DNA of 62,962 nt, counting the filler, from Collodictyon triciliatum (lineage: Eukaryota), in the NCBI GenBank assembly GCA_043381765.1. It is 10 parts of 10 records of this genome, joined end to end, with 100 filler letters (N's around TTAATTAATTAA, not from the genome) between each part and the next. Parts side by side here need not be neighbours in the genome. Positions count along the whole stretch, not along the records: positions 27,113 to 33,788 come from JBHJMP010004316.1; positions 33,889 to 40,561 come from JBHJMP010004317.1; positions 40,662 to 47,334 come from JBHJMP010004318.1; 7 more parts are not named here. The stretch is one strand, 5' to 3'. Below the pieces are notes generated by a model. The model did not search any database and had not been told where the DNA came from. It saw only the letters and a list, made by a program, of their open reading frames with translations. Below, piece by piece: positions 30,901 through 44,100 of the stretch. The first letter of the stretch is position 1. Every line of letters begins with the position of its first letter. Position numbers and translations under genes: made by a program.

Positions 30901-33509
30901 TTGGGAGGGCTGCTCTAGCTTCATAACATGCGCTGGGTGTTCAACAAGAGAGGTGTCATTTGTCTCACTAAAATCTAACTTTAAAACTTGAACGACAGGG
31001 GTTTTCTGCTCCTTCTCAATGGCTTCATCTAGCGGGGCACTGTCTCCGTAATCACGATACTGATTAATATACTCTTGGAGAGATTCCTGGACTACCTCGA
31101 CGGCAGTTTGATTGGGGGTGGGGTCGAGCAAAGTAGGGGCAGATTCTGCAGGTTCGCTTTGGAACATTGTTTGGTTTCCGTTTGGTAAGGTTTTTTCTGG
31201 GACTGGGGTGGTAATAGTGGGTGGAGCCGGTTGAGCAATCTGATTAGTGTCTTCACCCACAGAGGAATCCTTGAAAGGTTGTGCGTTTTCAACTGCAGAT
31301 TGATTATCATGCTTCTTCTCACCAGACTGACTCAGATGCCGCGAGGCCTTGGACATCATAATCAACGTCTCTTCATCATCAAGGCCGGTTGTGATGAGAG
31401 AAAAGGCTCTAGAGCGCGTTTCTGTGTTGAGGGGCTCAGATTCGTGTGAATGAGCCATAGTATAGATGTCTTTCGGTGCGGTATTTGCCATTTCTGGGGC
31501 CATGTTTCTTAGAGAAAGTGCAGAGTTCATGGAATAAAGGGATGGAGAGGATGAATCCCGGGACATAGCAATTAGGTTGGCACGGGAACTCTTCCTGGAC
31601 ATTGAAAGGCCATCTGAATCCTCGAATTCAAAGAATTTTCTGTTATGAGTATAGTAATAGAATCGTTTTAGTTGAGCAAGAATTTATCATTTATATCCAT
31701 ATATAAGATCGATATCAATTCGATAGGCATCTAATTTACGTATTTTCATCATCTTCATCATCTTCATCGTCGTCATCGCCATCTGTGCCAGTTGAAGGGT
31801 CATCAGCTCCTTCATTAGGAAATTTACTTGGCCATGCATGGACAGGCTTTTCGTTTTCAGTTCGTAGTGGAGATTCTACATTTCGAGTATCTGGCTTTTT
31901 CGGGTCCCGACTTTTAAACATACCAAAGATTGAATCCTTCCACGACGATTTCCCTTCTGCAGATGAACTATCTGTGATTTTTACCGGGTATTATTCCAAA
32001 AATGGAATAAAAGGCACATTTAATAATATAGTATAAATAACTTTGAATCGAATAAAGGGGGAAAAATAAGATATTTCGATGGGTTTTATATTTCTAAAAA
32101 AGATAATCGACTGCATAGAACTTTGACAAACTTTGAGAGGGTGATGCTTTAATATTGATGTTGTCGGAGCGCTTTACAAGACTGACATGTTTATGAAATG
32201 TAGTTTAGTCTCAACTCCAAAGTATATGACAGTCAAGATGACCATGATCAAATAAGAAATACAAAGAAGGAAAAATCGTCAAAGTGCTGATTGTTTTAAT
32301 GATGGTGATGATGCTTTTAGTGTTTGGATAGACATGCGGACCTACCTATCATCGCTTTGTTTAATAGTTACATCCAACTAATTTAATATTAAATGGCCAA
32401 GGGAGGTGAATGCAATGGGTTTCACACAAATCAGCTCATACATGTTAGGTGATATATATATTATGCAATGAGGACATTTGAATTTTACCTCTTCATAAAC
32501 TTCTCCTGATTTGATAGGGACTATTTGAAATATAATATTTTCGGGGTTATTCGTAAATAAATAGAAAATGAAACTAAGCTGAATAACTTAAAAAGGAGAT
32601 CACGTATACCAAACATTTATGCAGTTATGTTTACTTGAAAAATAAGCAAACAAAAAACCTGGGGTAGATAATTCTTCAGATAATTTTATTGCCGGGATTG
32701 GGCTGATTTCGTTATCTTTTCCCTGATATTGTTATATAAATTGTTTTTTCAAAATATTTTGGTTTTGGTTTTATTTGTTTGTTTGTCCGAGAATGACCAA
32801 AGTAAATGACCCTTTAAGGAATGAAAAGTATGACCATATATGTAATAAATAGGCGAATACATAAAAAAATGAAAAGAAGGTCTAACAAACCTCTATTACA
32901 CTCTTTTGTGGGGACATTGGCGGAGTGGCCAAAGGTGATGTGGACAACCCTTCTCTTGGCTGTATCTATTATCATTTTGAAAATTAGGTGTGACATGAGG
33001 ATTCTCTTTGAATTAAAGATATACAAACTGTTATGGTACTTAATTTAAATATGCCTGTATAACATACGTCAGTTTCTTCCAGAAAAAATGCTTCTCCAGC
33101 ATCACCAAGTTTCATGAACAGATCGACTTCTTCTCCATTTACCTTCACTACGACCTAATAACATAAAGAACTTTTAGCTATACAACAATTTATTTTATTT
33201 TCTAGGAACTGTGAGGTCAAAAAAAGAAGAGAAAGAAGAAAAGACAAACAAATTGATTGGGCAGCAACACACAGTAACCCAACATACAGAAAAATACTGA
33301 TATACAAAGAAAGCTCATAGATAGGAGGCTACTTTCTTCTCTTTGCTCTTTAGAACAGAAAACTTTCCGAAGCGGACATGGAATGGGGTGCTGCGATACG
33401 TCCCGTCAGGATGTTTAATGACAATCACGTCAATAGCCCCGCTGAGAGTGGCCTGATTGATTTCCAGAGCATCCGTCACACGCTCAAAGAGCTTCCCGAC
33501 ATATTGCAT
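27920..33509 (-). CDS. PAH1: Lipin / phosphatidate phosphatase (PAH1/LPIN family), multi-exon
   Basis: [19 protein letters not shown]...[13 protein letters not shown] motif [33 protein letters not shown] and C-terminal EYNEWNFWR. Stop at 27920-27922. Confidence 0.95.
30445..30532 (+). mobile_element. 56-bp LINE 3'-tail insertion (30461-30516) with 16-bp target-site duplication, in a lipin intron
   Basis: Flanks ATTTCACAAAATTGAA (30445-30460) and ATCTCACAAAATTGAA (30517-30532). Insert gtatggcataacctcgctgcgctttgaatcgaataaagg-A(n) matches the LINE tail at 4450-4497 (-). Confidence 0.85.
32041..32066 (+). mobile_element. LINE-tail micro-copy CTTTGAATCGAATAAAGGGGGAAAAA in a lipin intron
   Basis: Same motif and same 5' start as the 50369 and 51266 copies. 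No clear TSD. Confidence 0.55.
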
Positions 33510-33888
33510 CCTAGGCTGACAAAACCCAGCGTCGAAGCAAGTGCATGTTAATGAAAGCGGGTCCCTTCATTGTGAAAGTACACGCTTGGCAGGAGCTTTT
33601 GGGCGCCCAGAGATCACAGTAAAAGATGGATCGGGTTGGTTTGAATGAAAGGTAAATCAAAGATGGCAGCATCAACCCAGATAATACAAAACAAAAACAA
33701 GAACAATAATAAAAAACAATAATAAAAAACAATAATAAAAAACAATAATAAAAAACAATAATAAAAAACAATAATAAAAAACAATAATNNNNNNNNNNNN
33801 NNNNNNNNNNNNNNNNNNNNNNNNNNNNNNNNTTAATTAATTAANNNNNNNNNNNNNNNNNNNNNNNNNNNNNNNNNNNNNNNNNNNN

Positions 33889-33947
<59 letters not shown>

Positions 33948-34060
33948 TAATGAAAATAATAGATAATAGATAATTAAACAATAGTATACAATTAAAAAAA
34001 AATAACCGCTATATAATAATCGTCGGAATCCACACCCAGAGCCACGCACGAATCCACCAC

Positions 34061-34902
34061 ATGGACGAATCAAGCGCCAAACGCCCGCGCCCTCCAAACG
34101 AGCCTGCAAACCCACCGATTCCGCGCATATTCCAGACTTCAAGCGCCCTCCAATACACGCCCCCGTTTGAGCCGATGTCTTTGCCGCCTTTGCAGCGGAC
34201 CGAGCATGAAACGCTCCCGCCAACGCCTCAGCACGAACTCAGTATGCGCCGTCGTGGACGCTCGCGAAGCCGTTCGCCGATTCCGCGTGGGCCGCAACAG
34301 GAATCCGCGGCCGAGCGCAGCCCGAGGCGAAGGACCGGCGAAGAGGCAAAGTCTCCGGCCCGGCTGCGCTCGCTTTCGTCTTCGCGCTCTCCGATAGCAT
34401 CAGACGCGCAGTCTCCAACGTTCTTTGAGTTACTAGGCGAAGAGGAGGCGGCTGCTGATGCCTCTTATTCATCCTCTATTGTCGAGGAAACGCCTAGTGA
34501 TGGTGTTGGTGATGGTGGTGATGATGATGATGCAACAAATTACGACCCTGATAATGATGGTGGTGATTATGATGATGCTTATGATGATGGCGATGGCGAT
34601 GGAGATGGAGAAAAAGTCAATCATGACCAAGATTTGTGTCTGGCGGATCAGCCTTTTGTGGAGGTCAGCTCATGGTTGCGCGTTCCAAAGAGAATCATGG
34701 ATGCTTTGTTTGACTACCAACAAGTGGCTTTAAAGTGGATGGCTGTCCTCCATGAATCTCGTGTTGGCGGCATTCTTGGTGATGAAATGGTACTGCTGTA
34801 ATCATTCTGCGTATTAAGTTGTATTTGTCAACTGTTTTTTTGGATTCTGATTTATTAGTATCAGTATTATCATTATTTCTATCCTTCTTCTATTATTGTT
34901 AC

Positions 34903-35001
<99 letters not shown>

Positions 35002-38000
35002 GATGCCTGGATTTCAAGCATGATTTACTCTCCCATACATATTTATGAAAGCGGTCTTATTTATGTCATTTATGTTGTTCTGGTTATTATAGGGCCTCGG
35101 CAAAACTGTCCAAGTTGCTGCATTTCTTGCAGCATTAGACTTTTCGGAGAAGTTCAAGACAGCTTTAATTGTGTGCCCCACAACAGTACAGTTTTTTTTT
35201 TAAAAAAAAATATTGAGACCTTTCCTCTTCTCTTCTTCTCTTCTTCTCTTCTTCTCTTCTTCTCTTCTTTTCTTCTTTTCTTCTTTTCTTCTTCTCTTCT
35301 TCTCTTCTTCTCTTCTTTTCTTCTTCTCTTCTTCTCTTCTTCTCTTCTTCTCTTCTTCTCTTCTTCTCTTCTTCTCTTCTTCTCTTAGGGAACGATATCA
35401 TATGTTGACATAAAATATTTCCTCACTTTTCTTCATGATATGATAATATATGTACTCTAAATTTATAAAATAGTCTGAATATGCACGATTAGCATTTTAA
35501 AATAAAAAAATCATGTAATCTTTCTCTTTTATTAGTAAATGTAAAACGACATTAGGTCATGTTGCAATGGAAACGAGAACTTCTAAAATGGTGGCCAAAG
35601 TTTCGAGTCGGTTTGTATCACAAAGGCTCTACTCAACCGCAATCTGTTCACGAGACATTACACGATATCATGGAAAATGGTGATGAAAACTTTGAATGAA
35701 TGCATTTTCATCTAGAATAGACTTACGATATGCTTGAATTGCAAGCAAGAAAAAAAAATACCGAAAAAAACATTTATCTTTATGTTTCACTACAGGTGGA
35801 ATTATTATTACCTCGTATGACATGGTAAGAATAAACATCGCTAAGATATGCTCATACAGACTTCAGTATGTTGTCCTTGACGAAGGCCATGCAATCAGAA
35901 ATCCAGACGTGGATACCACAATAGCTTGCAAGAGACTTCGGGTTTCACTTTTGGATTCAATTTACCGCCCCTAATTTCCTATTCTTATTCATATTCTTAT
36001 TATCCTTATCTGCTTATTTATGATTGAGCTAATCGAATCGATGTAGTTACTAATTTGAATAAACCCAAAATATAAATAAAGACCTCGCATAGACTTATCC
36101 TAACAGGCTCCCCAATACAAAATAATTTGAAGGAGCTTTGGTCTCTTTTTGATTTCATTTATCCCGGAAAGCTCGGTGTAATAGTCTCATTTGATCTTAT
36201 ATGTGTGACATCAAGTTTAATATCTTATTATTTATTTATTTATTTCCTGATTTTCTCCAATACTAATCAGCAAATCTCTAATTGTGTGAAATTTGCGCGT
36301 TAAGACATTTCCTATATTCGAAGAAAAATTTGCAAAACCTATTACAATTGGCGGATACTCGAATGCTTCTGAGCTTCAGGTAGATAGAAGATATACTAGA
36401 CACTTCTATTCCGAATGAATACCTAGTTAAACATTAATCTATTTGAAAATATATGAAAGATTTTACAATCCAATGAACTTTTTTTTTTTAAAAAAAATAA
36501 AATAAAAACCTGTCCAGCTCGAATTGGCTTATCAATGCGCCCTGATTCTGAAGGATATGATAAGTCCATATATGCTTCGCAGAATGAAATCAGAAGTTGG
36601 AATTAATTTGAAAAGCAAACAAGAGAAGGTATTTTTCCAATATAAACAAATGTGCTATAAAACCTATTGTTTTCTATTTTTTATATCATCTGTAAGAGTT
36701 GCCTATTCATTAATCACATTTCAACACTTAGATTCTGATGTGCCATTTAACTCCGTCACAAAAAGAGGGCTATCTAAGATTCGAAAGGTCCTCTGTAAGT
36801 CATCTTCTGATTTCAAAGTATAAAACGGAATTTCGCATGCCTAAATGTTTCCCACTAAACGCTTTGACAATTCTCGCACTTCTAAAAACTTAACATGAAG
36901 TGTCGTTTTAATTTCCTTCACAACTCAAATTAAACCCCGCACACTTTCCATCTGATATCTTTTCACAGGATTTGGAAGCCATTTTAGATGGAAGATTTTC
37001 ATTATTTCATGGAATTGACCACTTGAGAAAGATATGCAATCATCCCGACCTACTTGAAGCACACAGACCAGATAGGGTAAATCAAACAGAAAGCATACAA
37101 TATCCTACCCATGTATGTGATCAGGAATAAAATGACACATGTTTCAAAAAAAAATAGTCGTCTTCATACGGTTCTCCTGAAAAATCCGGCAAAATTATCC
37201 TTTTGTTGAAGTTGCTCCATCTTTTGAAAGAACAAAATCACAGAGTCCTGTTATTTTCCCAGACAATCCAAATGCTTGATATCATCGAAGGCTCTATCAA
37301 ACCAATAGGTATAGAAATAATTGGTTCTCTACAATCCAATCCACCGACTTCGTGCTTTTTGCAATATTGATATGGTTATCATTATTTATTTTATCATTTA
37401 CCTTTATTTTCATCAGCCTCACTGTTAAAGTCAATCTTATGAATTCATATATCAGGGTACAATTATTTGAGAATGGACGGTAAGACAAGGACACAGTCTC
37501 GCTTGGATATGGTAGACAGATTCAACGTCAGTGACGATATCTTCATTTACCTTCTTACTACACGCGTCGGTGGGTTAGGTATCAATCTTATTGGGGCCGA
37601 CCGTGTCATCATATTCGACCCGGATTGGGTTTGCATTCGATTTTACATCACCTAGAGTACAATTATTTAGACACATGCCATACAATCGCATAATACATCA
37701 CTATACTTACTGTCGCAGTAACTCGTTTTTCGCATCCACGGTTTTCTTCTTTTTCTTCTATTCGTGTTCCATATTTCTTTTTCATTTACTTTCACAATTT
37801 ATTTTATTCTCTGTTGGTATTGTTGTTTTTTCTTCTTGCTCGACCCTGGTTGCAACCGCGAACAAAGAATCCCTCTGTCGATGCTCAGGCCAGAGAGCGT
37901 TCGTGGAGAATTGGGCAGAAGAAGGACGTCATAATCTATCGACTTATCACACAAGGAACAATTGAAGAGAAAATTTACCACAGGCAACTCTTCAAACAGA

Positions 38001-39723
38001 CTTTATCAAATAAAGTCCTCAAGGATCCAAGCCAAACCAGATTATTTCGGGTCTCATTAAGCCTTTCATTCAAATATAAATTGCATTCTATGTATTCAAT
38101 TACAAACATACTATCACATGAATATCGACAAAAAAAAATCGAATAGATTGTGTGAACGAATGCCTTTTCAATTTCTTTTTAGTACCGCGCTTGGACATAA
38201 ATAGGGTATTAATAGTGTTTAACACATTTTGGGTTGTAGAGAAAGGACTTGCGAAACCTTTTTACTTATTACGAGTCAGAATCGGGTAACTCTGCATCCC
38301 ACGACATTTTTGGTTCGCTGGATGAGAACCTCATCATCAGCGAAGGAGACGTAAAAAAAGACGAGGACGGGTTTGTGTTTATGTCTACAACATCCATATT
38401 ATATCTCTTTTTTGAAATATACATCAATTTTCGAACCAGTTCTCACCCTCACCAGCTCCCTCTCAGCACCAAACAAAATATCAGCAGCAAACTCTGTTAT
38501 GCCGAACTCATATATTTATCAGTGAATATTTTTAATTTTCTTTTTTTCTTTTTTCTTTTTTCTTTTTTTCTTTTTTTCTTTTTTTCTTTTTTTCTTTTTT
38601 TCTTTTTTTCTTTTTTCTTTTTTTCTTTTTTTCTTTTTTCTTTTTTTCTTTTTTTCTTTTTTTCTTTTTTTCTTTTTTCTTTTTTCTTTTTTCTTTTTTC
38701 TTTTTTCTTTTTTCTTTTTTCTTTTTTCTTTTTTCTTTTTTCTTTTTTACGTCATTCAAAACTGGAAGGGGTGTGCCAAAACACGCACCCACCCAAAAGG
38801 ACGATGCCCATATAATTCGTGAGCTTTTCAAAGGCGGCGGCCTCGGAAGTGTGTTATTACACGACAAAATCGAGAGAAAAGAGGGTGTCGAACAATCCTT
38901 GCTCCAGCACGAAGGTTTGCATGTTTACGCAGGAGTTGGCCACCTTCATTTTACCATCCTTAAAATGTAGACACATTGGTCAAAAGTATGAGTGCTGACA
39001 TTGTGGCATCCATGCATTCATTTATTTTGCAAAGAAAAGTTAAAGTATTAAAGACCTTTAAGGACTAAGTGAATCGCATCAATAATCATCATAATCATCA
39101 TCATTAAGAGTAATAATAAATGTAAACCCCAGCAATCCAGATGGCAAAAGCTGCAGCACAGGTACTCAAGAAGTCGCAGCAAGCATGTAAAAAAATGAAA
39201 TCACAAGGCCCTACCTGGACTGGGAAGAGAGGTTTAGCGCCTCTCCTTTTGAAACAACGCATCACAGACTCACAAATCCTGTCATGAATCAAACCATTCT
39301 ATGTCTGCAGGCGAAGCCGGAAACCCTGACTTGTGTGAGGACTCTGCAGATATAACAAAGCCGATATCTGGCAAGGACCTGCTCTCCATCTTTCAACGGA
39401 CCGCACCTTCTTCAGGCAGTTCGGCCGGCCAGGCACCAGATCCGAGAACGCCACACAACCCGCCCAGGCCGGGACTGCCCAGGTCAGGACTGCCCAGGTC
39501 GTATCAGAAGGGAAACCCGGAGTCGATTGCGACAGACCTGCAGGCTTTTTTTCTGTCCAACAACGGCGTTGTCACGACGGACCATATCTTGAAAAAGTAC
39601 GGAACAACAATCCACACAAAGGACAAGCTCGCTTTCCGCAACATCCTCCGCGAAATCGCAGAATTGGACGAAGGGATTTGGAGGCTGAAGGAAGAATACA
39701 GCGATGCGCCGCGTGCAATGTAG
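34061..39723 (+). CDS. ERCC6: ERCC6/CSB (Rad26) SNF2-family ATPase, multi-exon
   Basis: LFDYQ...[86 protein letters not shown]-type C-terminal winged-helix region FRNILREIA...IWRLKEEY. Confidence 0.93.
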
Positions 39724-40196
39724 TTTGGTGGGAATGGCGTTCGACTCTACTTTCTTTCCCTCACTCTCTTTTTTTTTTAATCTTTTTTTACGGACGGTTT
39801 TCCTTTTTGTTTTCATCAATACAACAGCAAAACTACTTCAGACGGAACAAAAAAAACCATAAAAAAAATATGTAATTGGATATATGGCATTAACGTCAGT
39901 TTTTTTTTTTATTAATAGGTTTGCTTGTTTTAAATTTATTTATCGAAAGCATGTAAAAAGGTAGAGAGGCAATGAATTGGTGTTTTGATTTGGAGAAAGA
40001 AAGGGAAACGAAGTATAAATACTTGAATTGCCTGATGCATAAATTTAGATGTTTTAATAGTATATAGCAAAAGAGTAAATCTCCAAGGAGAGAAATGCAT
40101 GTTGGGTAAGTAACGATGAACCATTAACCAATAGGTTTTTTTTCTTTCATTTTCACTATTTTAATCTTATCATTTTGTTGTCGGGTTCCTTTCTGC

Positions 40197-40437
40197 TTCA
40201 CTTGGGCGTGGGAAGTGGTAATCCACTGCGGCGTATGGAAATGCGGCGAATATTCTGGTTGTAGGATTAAGCAAGATCAGTAAATCGGCTGTGATCAGAT
40301 ACATACATATATGTATGTATATATGCATGAATCTGATGGAACGAGAAGATGCGGGTTGGAGCATACGGCGATGAACTGTCCTAACGGAAGCTCTGAGGTG
40401 TTGTCCACTCGCCCGGTTCTTGGATTTGCGTGAAATG
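40197..40437 (-). CDS. Possible last exons of an unidentified convergent gene
   Basis: Minus-strand AG/GT-bounded segments can be spliced to ...FHANPRTGRVDNTSELPLGQFIA|NIRRISIRRSGLPLPTPK*. No family recognised. Confidence 0.25.
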
Positions 40438-41142
40438 CTGGTCGATAAGGAGGAAGAGACAGAACAAAAATTAAAATGGTGCTTATTTTTTTCTTTCCAA
40501 ACGCTTTTTACTATAAAAAAAAAAAAAGAGAAGAGAATAGAAGAGAATAGAAGAGAATAGANNNNNNNNNNNNNNNNNNNNNNNNNNNNNNNNNNNNNNN
40601 NNNNNTTAATTAATTAANNNNNNNNNNNNNNNNNNNNNNNNNNNNNNNNNNNNNNNNNNNNAGTTTTTAGTTTTTAGTTTTTAGTTTTTAGTTTTTAGTT
40701 TTTAGTTTTTAGTTTTTAGTTTTTAGTTTTTAGTTTTTAGTTTTTAGTTTTTAGTTTTTTTTTATACCGCGTTTTGTGAAGAATCATGGCAGGCATCGTT
40801 GCTCCCTTGCAAATCGAATTTCCAGAAGTAGGAGATGAAACCACCGCGCGTTTGGTTGTGGCGGGCGACGTACTCGGTGATATTTGCGGGCGGCTTTCAG
40901 GTTCAGAGATCAGCCAAACCCTCGTAAGAACATCGCACACACAGAGAAATTAAAAGAGAGTATGACTCGTGCCTGGAGAAGAACATAAGAAGAAAAGTCA
41001 GAGAGCGTTAATGAAGACAACTTGGATCAGTGTGGAACACCCAAGCGCTTTCGGCCAAGATCATCCCTGTGGCCGCACTTGTTTGCGTTCTCAGTCTGAT
41101 CATTTTCTGTTGCAACTATGTATTCCCTTTAGGCTTTTCATC

Positions 41143-44100
41143 ATGAATGAAGATGATCCTGACCAAGGTGCTTACCCGACACCCCCAGACGAGGAAAATG
41201 AGGACGAAGAAGAATATGAGGAAGGAGAGGAAAACGAGGGCGAAGAGGAAAATGAGGACGAAGAAGAATACGAGGAAGAAGAGGAAAATGAGGACGAAGA
41301 AGAAAATGAGGAAAATGAGGAAGAAGAGGAAAATGAGGGCGAAGAAGAAAATGAGGGCGAAGAGGAAAACGAGGGCGAAGAAGAATATGGGGAAGAGGGA
41401 AATGGGGACAATGACGAGGATGCGCATGACGAAGAAGACGCTGTTGCAGATCATTACCATCAGGAAGAAGCTTGGAAAGAGGATAATGCCGAAGAAAACG
41501 AACCCCTGTATGTTGGCGATCAACAGGAAATGAGCAAGAACGGTAACCCTCAGGCAGACAGTGTCGATTTGTATTCTCTGGACCAATTAGATGACAATAT
41601 AAGTGAAACTTCCTCTAACTGCGACTCACTCATCAACGAAAGCGATATCCCACTTTATCGTATCACAATCAGGTTATGTGAAAGGGGCTCGATCCCACGC
41701 TTCAGTGAACATGATGTTCTTCAACTGTTTCCCAAGTGCCTTCGAGTTACAAAAATACTTCCCATCCCAGATAGAAGCATTCATATCATCTTTGACTCTG
41801 AAGAATTGGCAAAGGAGGCATATAATGGATTCATCGACCCAGGGAAGGCGTCTGCCAAATGCTCCACTTGTATCGACGACCAGAGGTTGGCTGTACTTCC
41901 ACCCATGCTAGTTGGAAGATATCCACCTGGTTACCATAGGGGCACAACTAGACACCGAGGTAATCCCAGAGGAAACATGGCCAGCTGGAATGCATCTGAA
42001 CCCGTCCTAACACCACCAGGTCAAGTGACCAATCCCACCGGAGCTTCACAGCCAAACTACCCAGGCACCAGGGGCACAGCTAGAAATCGAGGAAATCACA
42101 GACAAAACATGGCCAGCCGGAATGCATCTGAACCCATCCTAGCGATACCAGATCAGTTGACCAATCCCACCGGAGCTTCACAGCCAAACTACCCAGGCAC
42201 CAGGGGCACAGCCAGACACCGAGGTAATCCCGGAGGAAACATGGTCAGCCGAAATGCATCTGAACCCGCCCTAACACCACCAAATCAGTTGACCAATCCC
42301 ACCGGAGCTTCACAGCCAAACTATCCAGGCAGCAGGGGCACAGCCAGACATCGAGGAAACTCCGGAGGAAACATGGTCAGCCGAAATACATCTGAACCCG
42401 CCCTAACACCACCAAATCAGTTGACCAATCCCACCGGAGCTTCGCAGCCAAACTACTCAGGCACTAGGGGCACAGCCAGTCATCGAGGAAACCACAGACA
42501 AAACATGGTCAGCCGAAATGCATCTGAACCCGCCCTAACACCACCAGACCAGTTGGCCAATCCCACCGGGGCTTCACAGCCAAACTATCCAGGCAGCAGG
42601 GGCACAGCCAGACATCGAGGAAACTCCGGAGGAAACATGGTCAGCCGAAATGCATCTGAACCCGCCCTAACACCACCAGGTCAAGTGACCAATCCCACAG
42701 GAGGTCCACAAAATAGCAATATCGCCCCTGAATCACAGGCAAGGAAATACATAACCCCGAAAACCATCTCGAAAGGGCCGAATCCAACAGCTCTTGCTAA
42801 GCTTTCTATAGCATCATCTGAGCCTTCATTAAACATCACTGGACTTCCACTATCGCCACAAGCAACAAATCCCACAGGAATCCCACTACTGAACTCCCCA
42901 GGCATCGTTCCACAAGCAGGGAATCATGTAGTTAGGACAGATCGTAGCGTCAGCAGAAATACTTCTAAGTCTACTTTAGAAACACAACAAACCAAAAATG
43001 ATGTAGACCCTCAAAACACTCAGAAGATGGCGACTAAAGCAAAACCGAAAAGCAAATCCCCTCCCCCAGGCACTGTTACAATTGTTGGCATGGTAGAGAG
43101 AGACTTTGAAGTCGGATGGGCTGATGCTGTTCAGTCAGTGGTGAACCATATAGAAATGAGCACACAAATTAAAATTTTAAATCATGAAGATTCTGAACAA
43201 TTAGGCGCATTTTCTATCAAGCTAAGGCTGGTCGATTCTAAACTACTTCTTGAGAAATTTGGAATCCAATCACCAATCATCTTTGACCATGTTACTGCTT
43301 ATCTAACTGCGGATATGATTCATGTGGCTATGAAACCGAGTGATTTTTTTTTCACGCCCATGCTAGAGAAGTACTATATTCTGAAGACGAATGCCTTGGC
43401 GGAGCAAGTGAAAAGAGAGTGTTTTATAGCCATGACAAGAGAACCACATCCCATTAAGATTAACTTTAAAGGAACGTTTGAAAAAATTAAGCTGTTCATT
43501 AACAGTGAGCATTACAAAAAATTCTACGCCAAGACGAAGGATTATCCAAAATCTGTTAACCCCTTCCTGAAGAGGATTATTCTTTCGAAATACAATGTGG
43601 ACCATTCCGCTAATAAACTAATTGGATTTTCTGAAGAGGATATAACCGCTGCAGAGAGTCATTTGAATAAGACGGAAAAAAAAGTGGTGCCGGTCATAGA
43701 AGGCAATCACGAGGTCAAGCAAGAGCTCTCTGATAACCAACTCAAATGGATCGAAGTGAACTTGAAATTCCTTAGAACAAACTATGGTTTATTCATCACC
43801 GTCACAAGAAAGTCTAAAGAACTTTGCATCAGAGGTAAAAAAGAAAAAATTGAAATGTTTGCCAGAGCTTATAACGGACTTGCTTGCCAAAAAGTGGATA
43901 TTTTCTTTGACACCTCCAGAGTAAATTCCGATAGCCTAGATGTCTCTAATACTGAAACAATACAACCAGTCCAATTACCAACCGATGTAGAATTCGAACA
44001 AAAGAAAAAATACGTGCATTACGTCATACAAAATATAAGGAAAATCATACCTTTGGCACACTCTGTAACCAGGGCAGCAGAAGACCGTATTCAATTCTCT

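Noticed and set aside
40662-40755. (TTTTTAG)n as a telomere
   Set aside because: It lacks a G-run and is one of many different simple repeats at contig ends.
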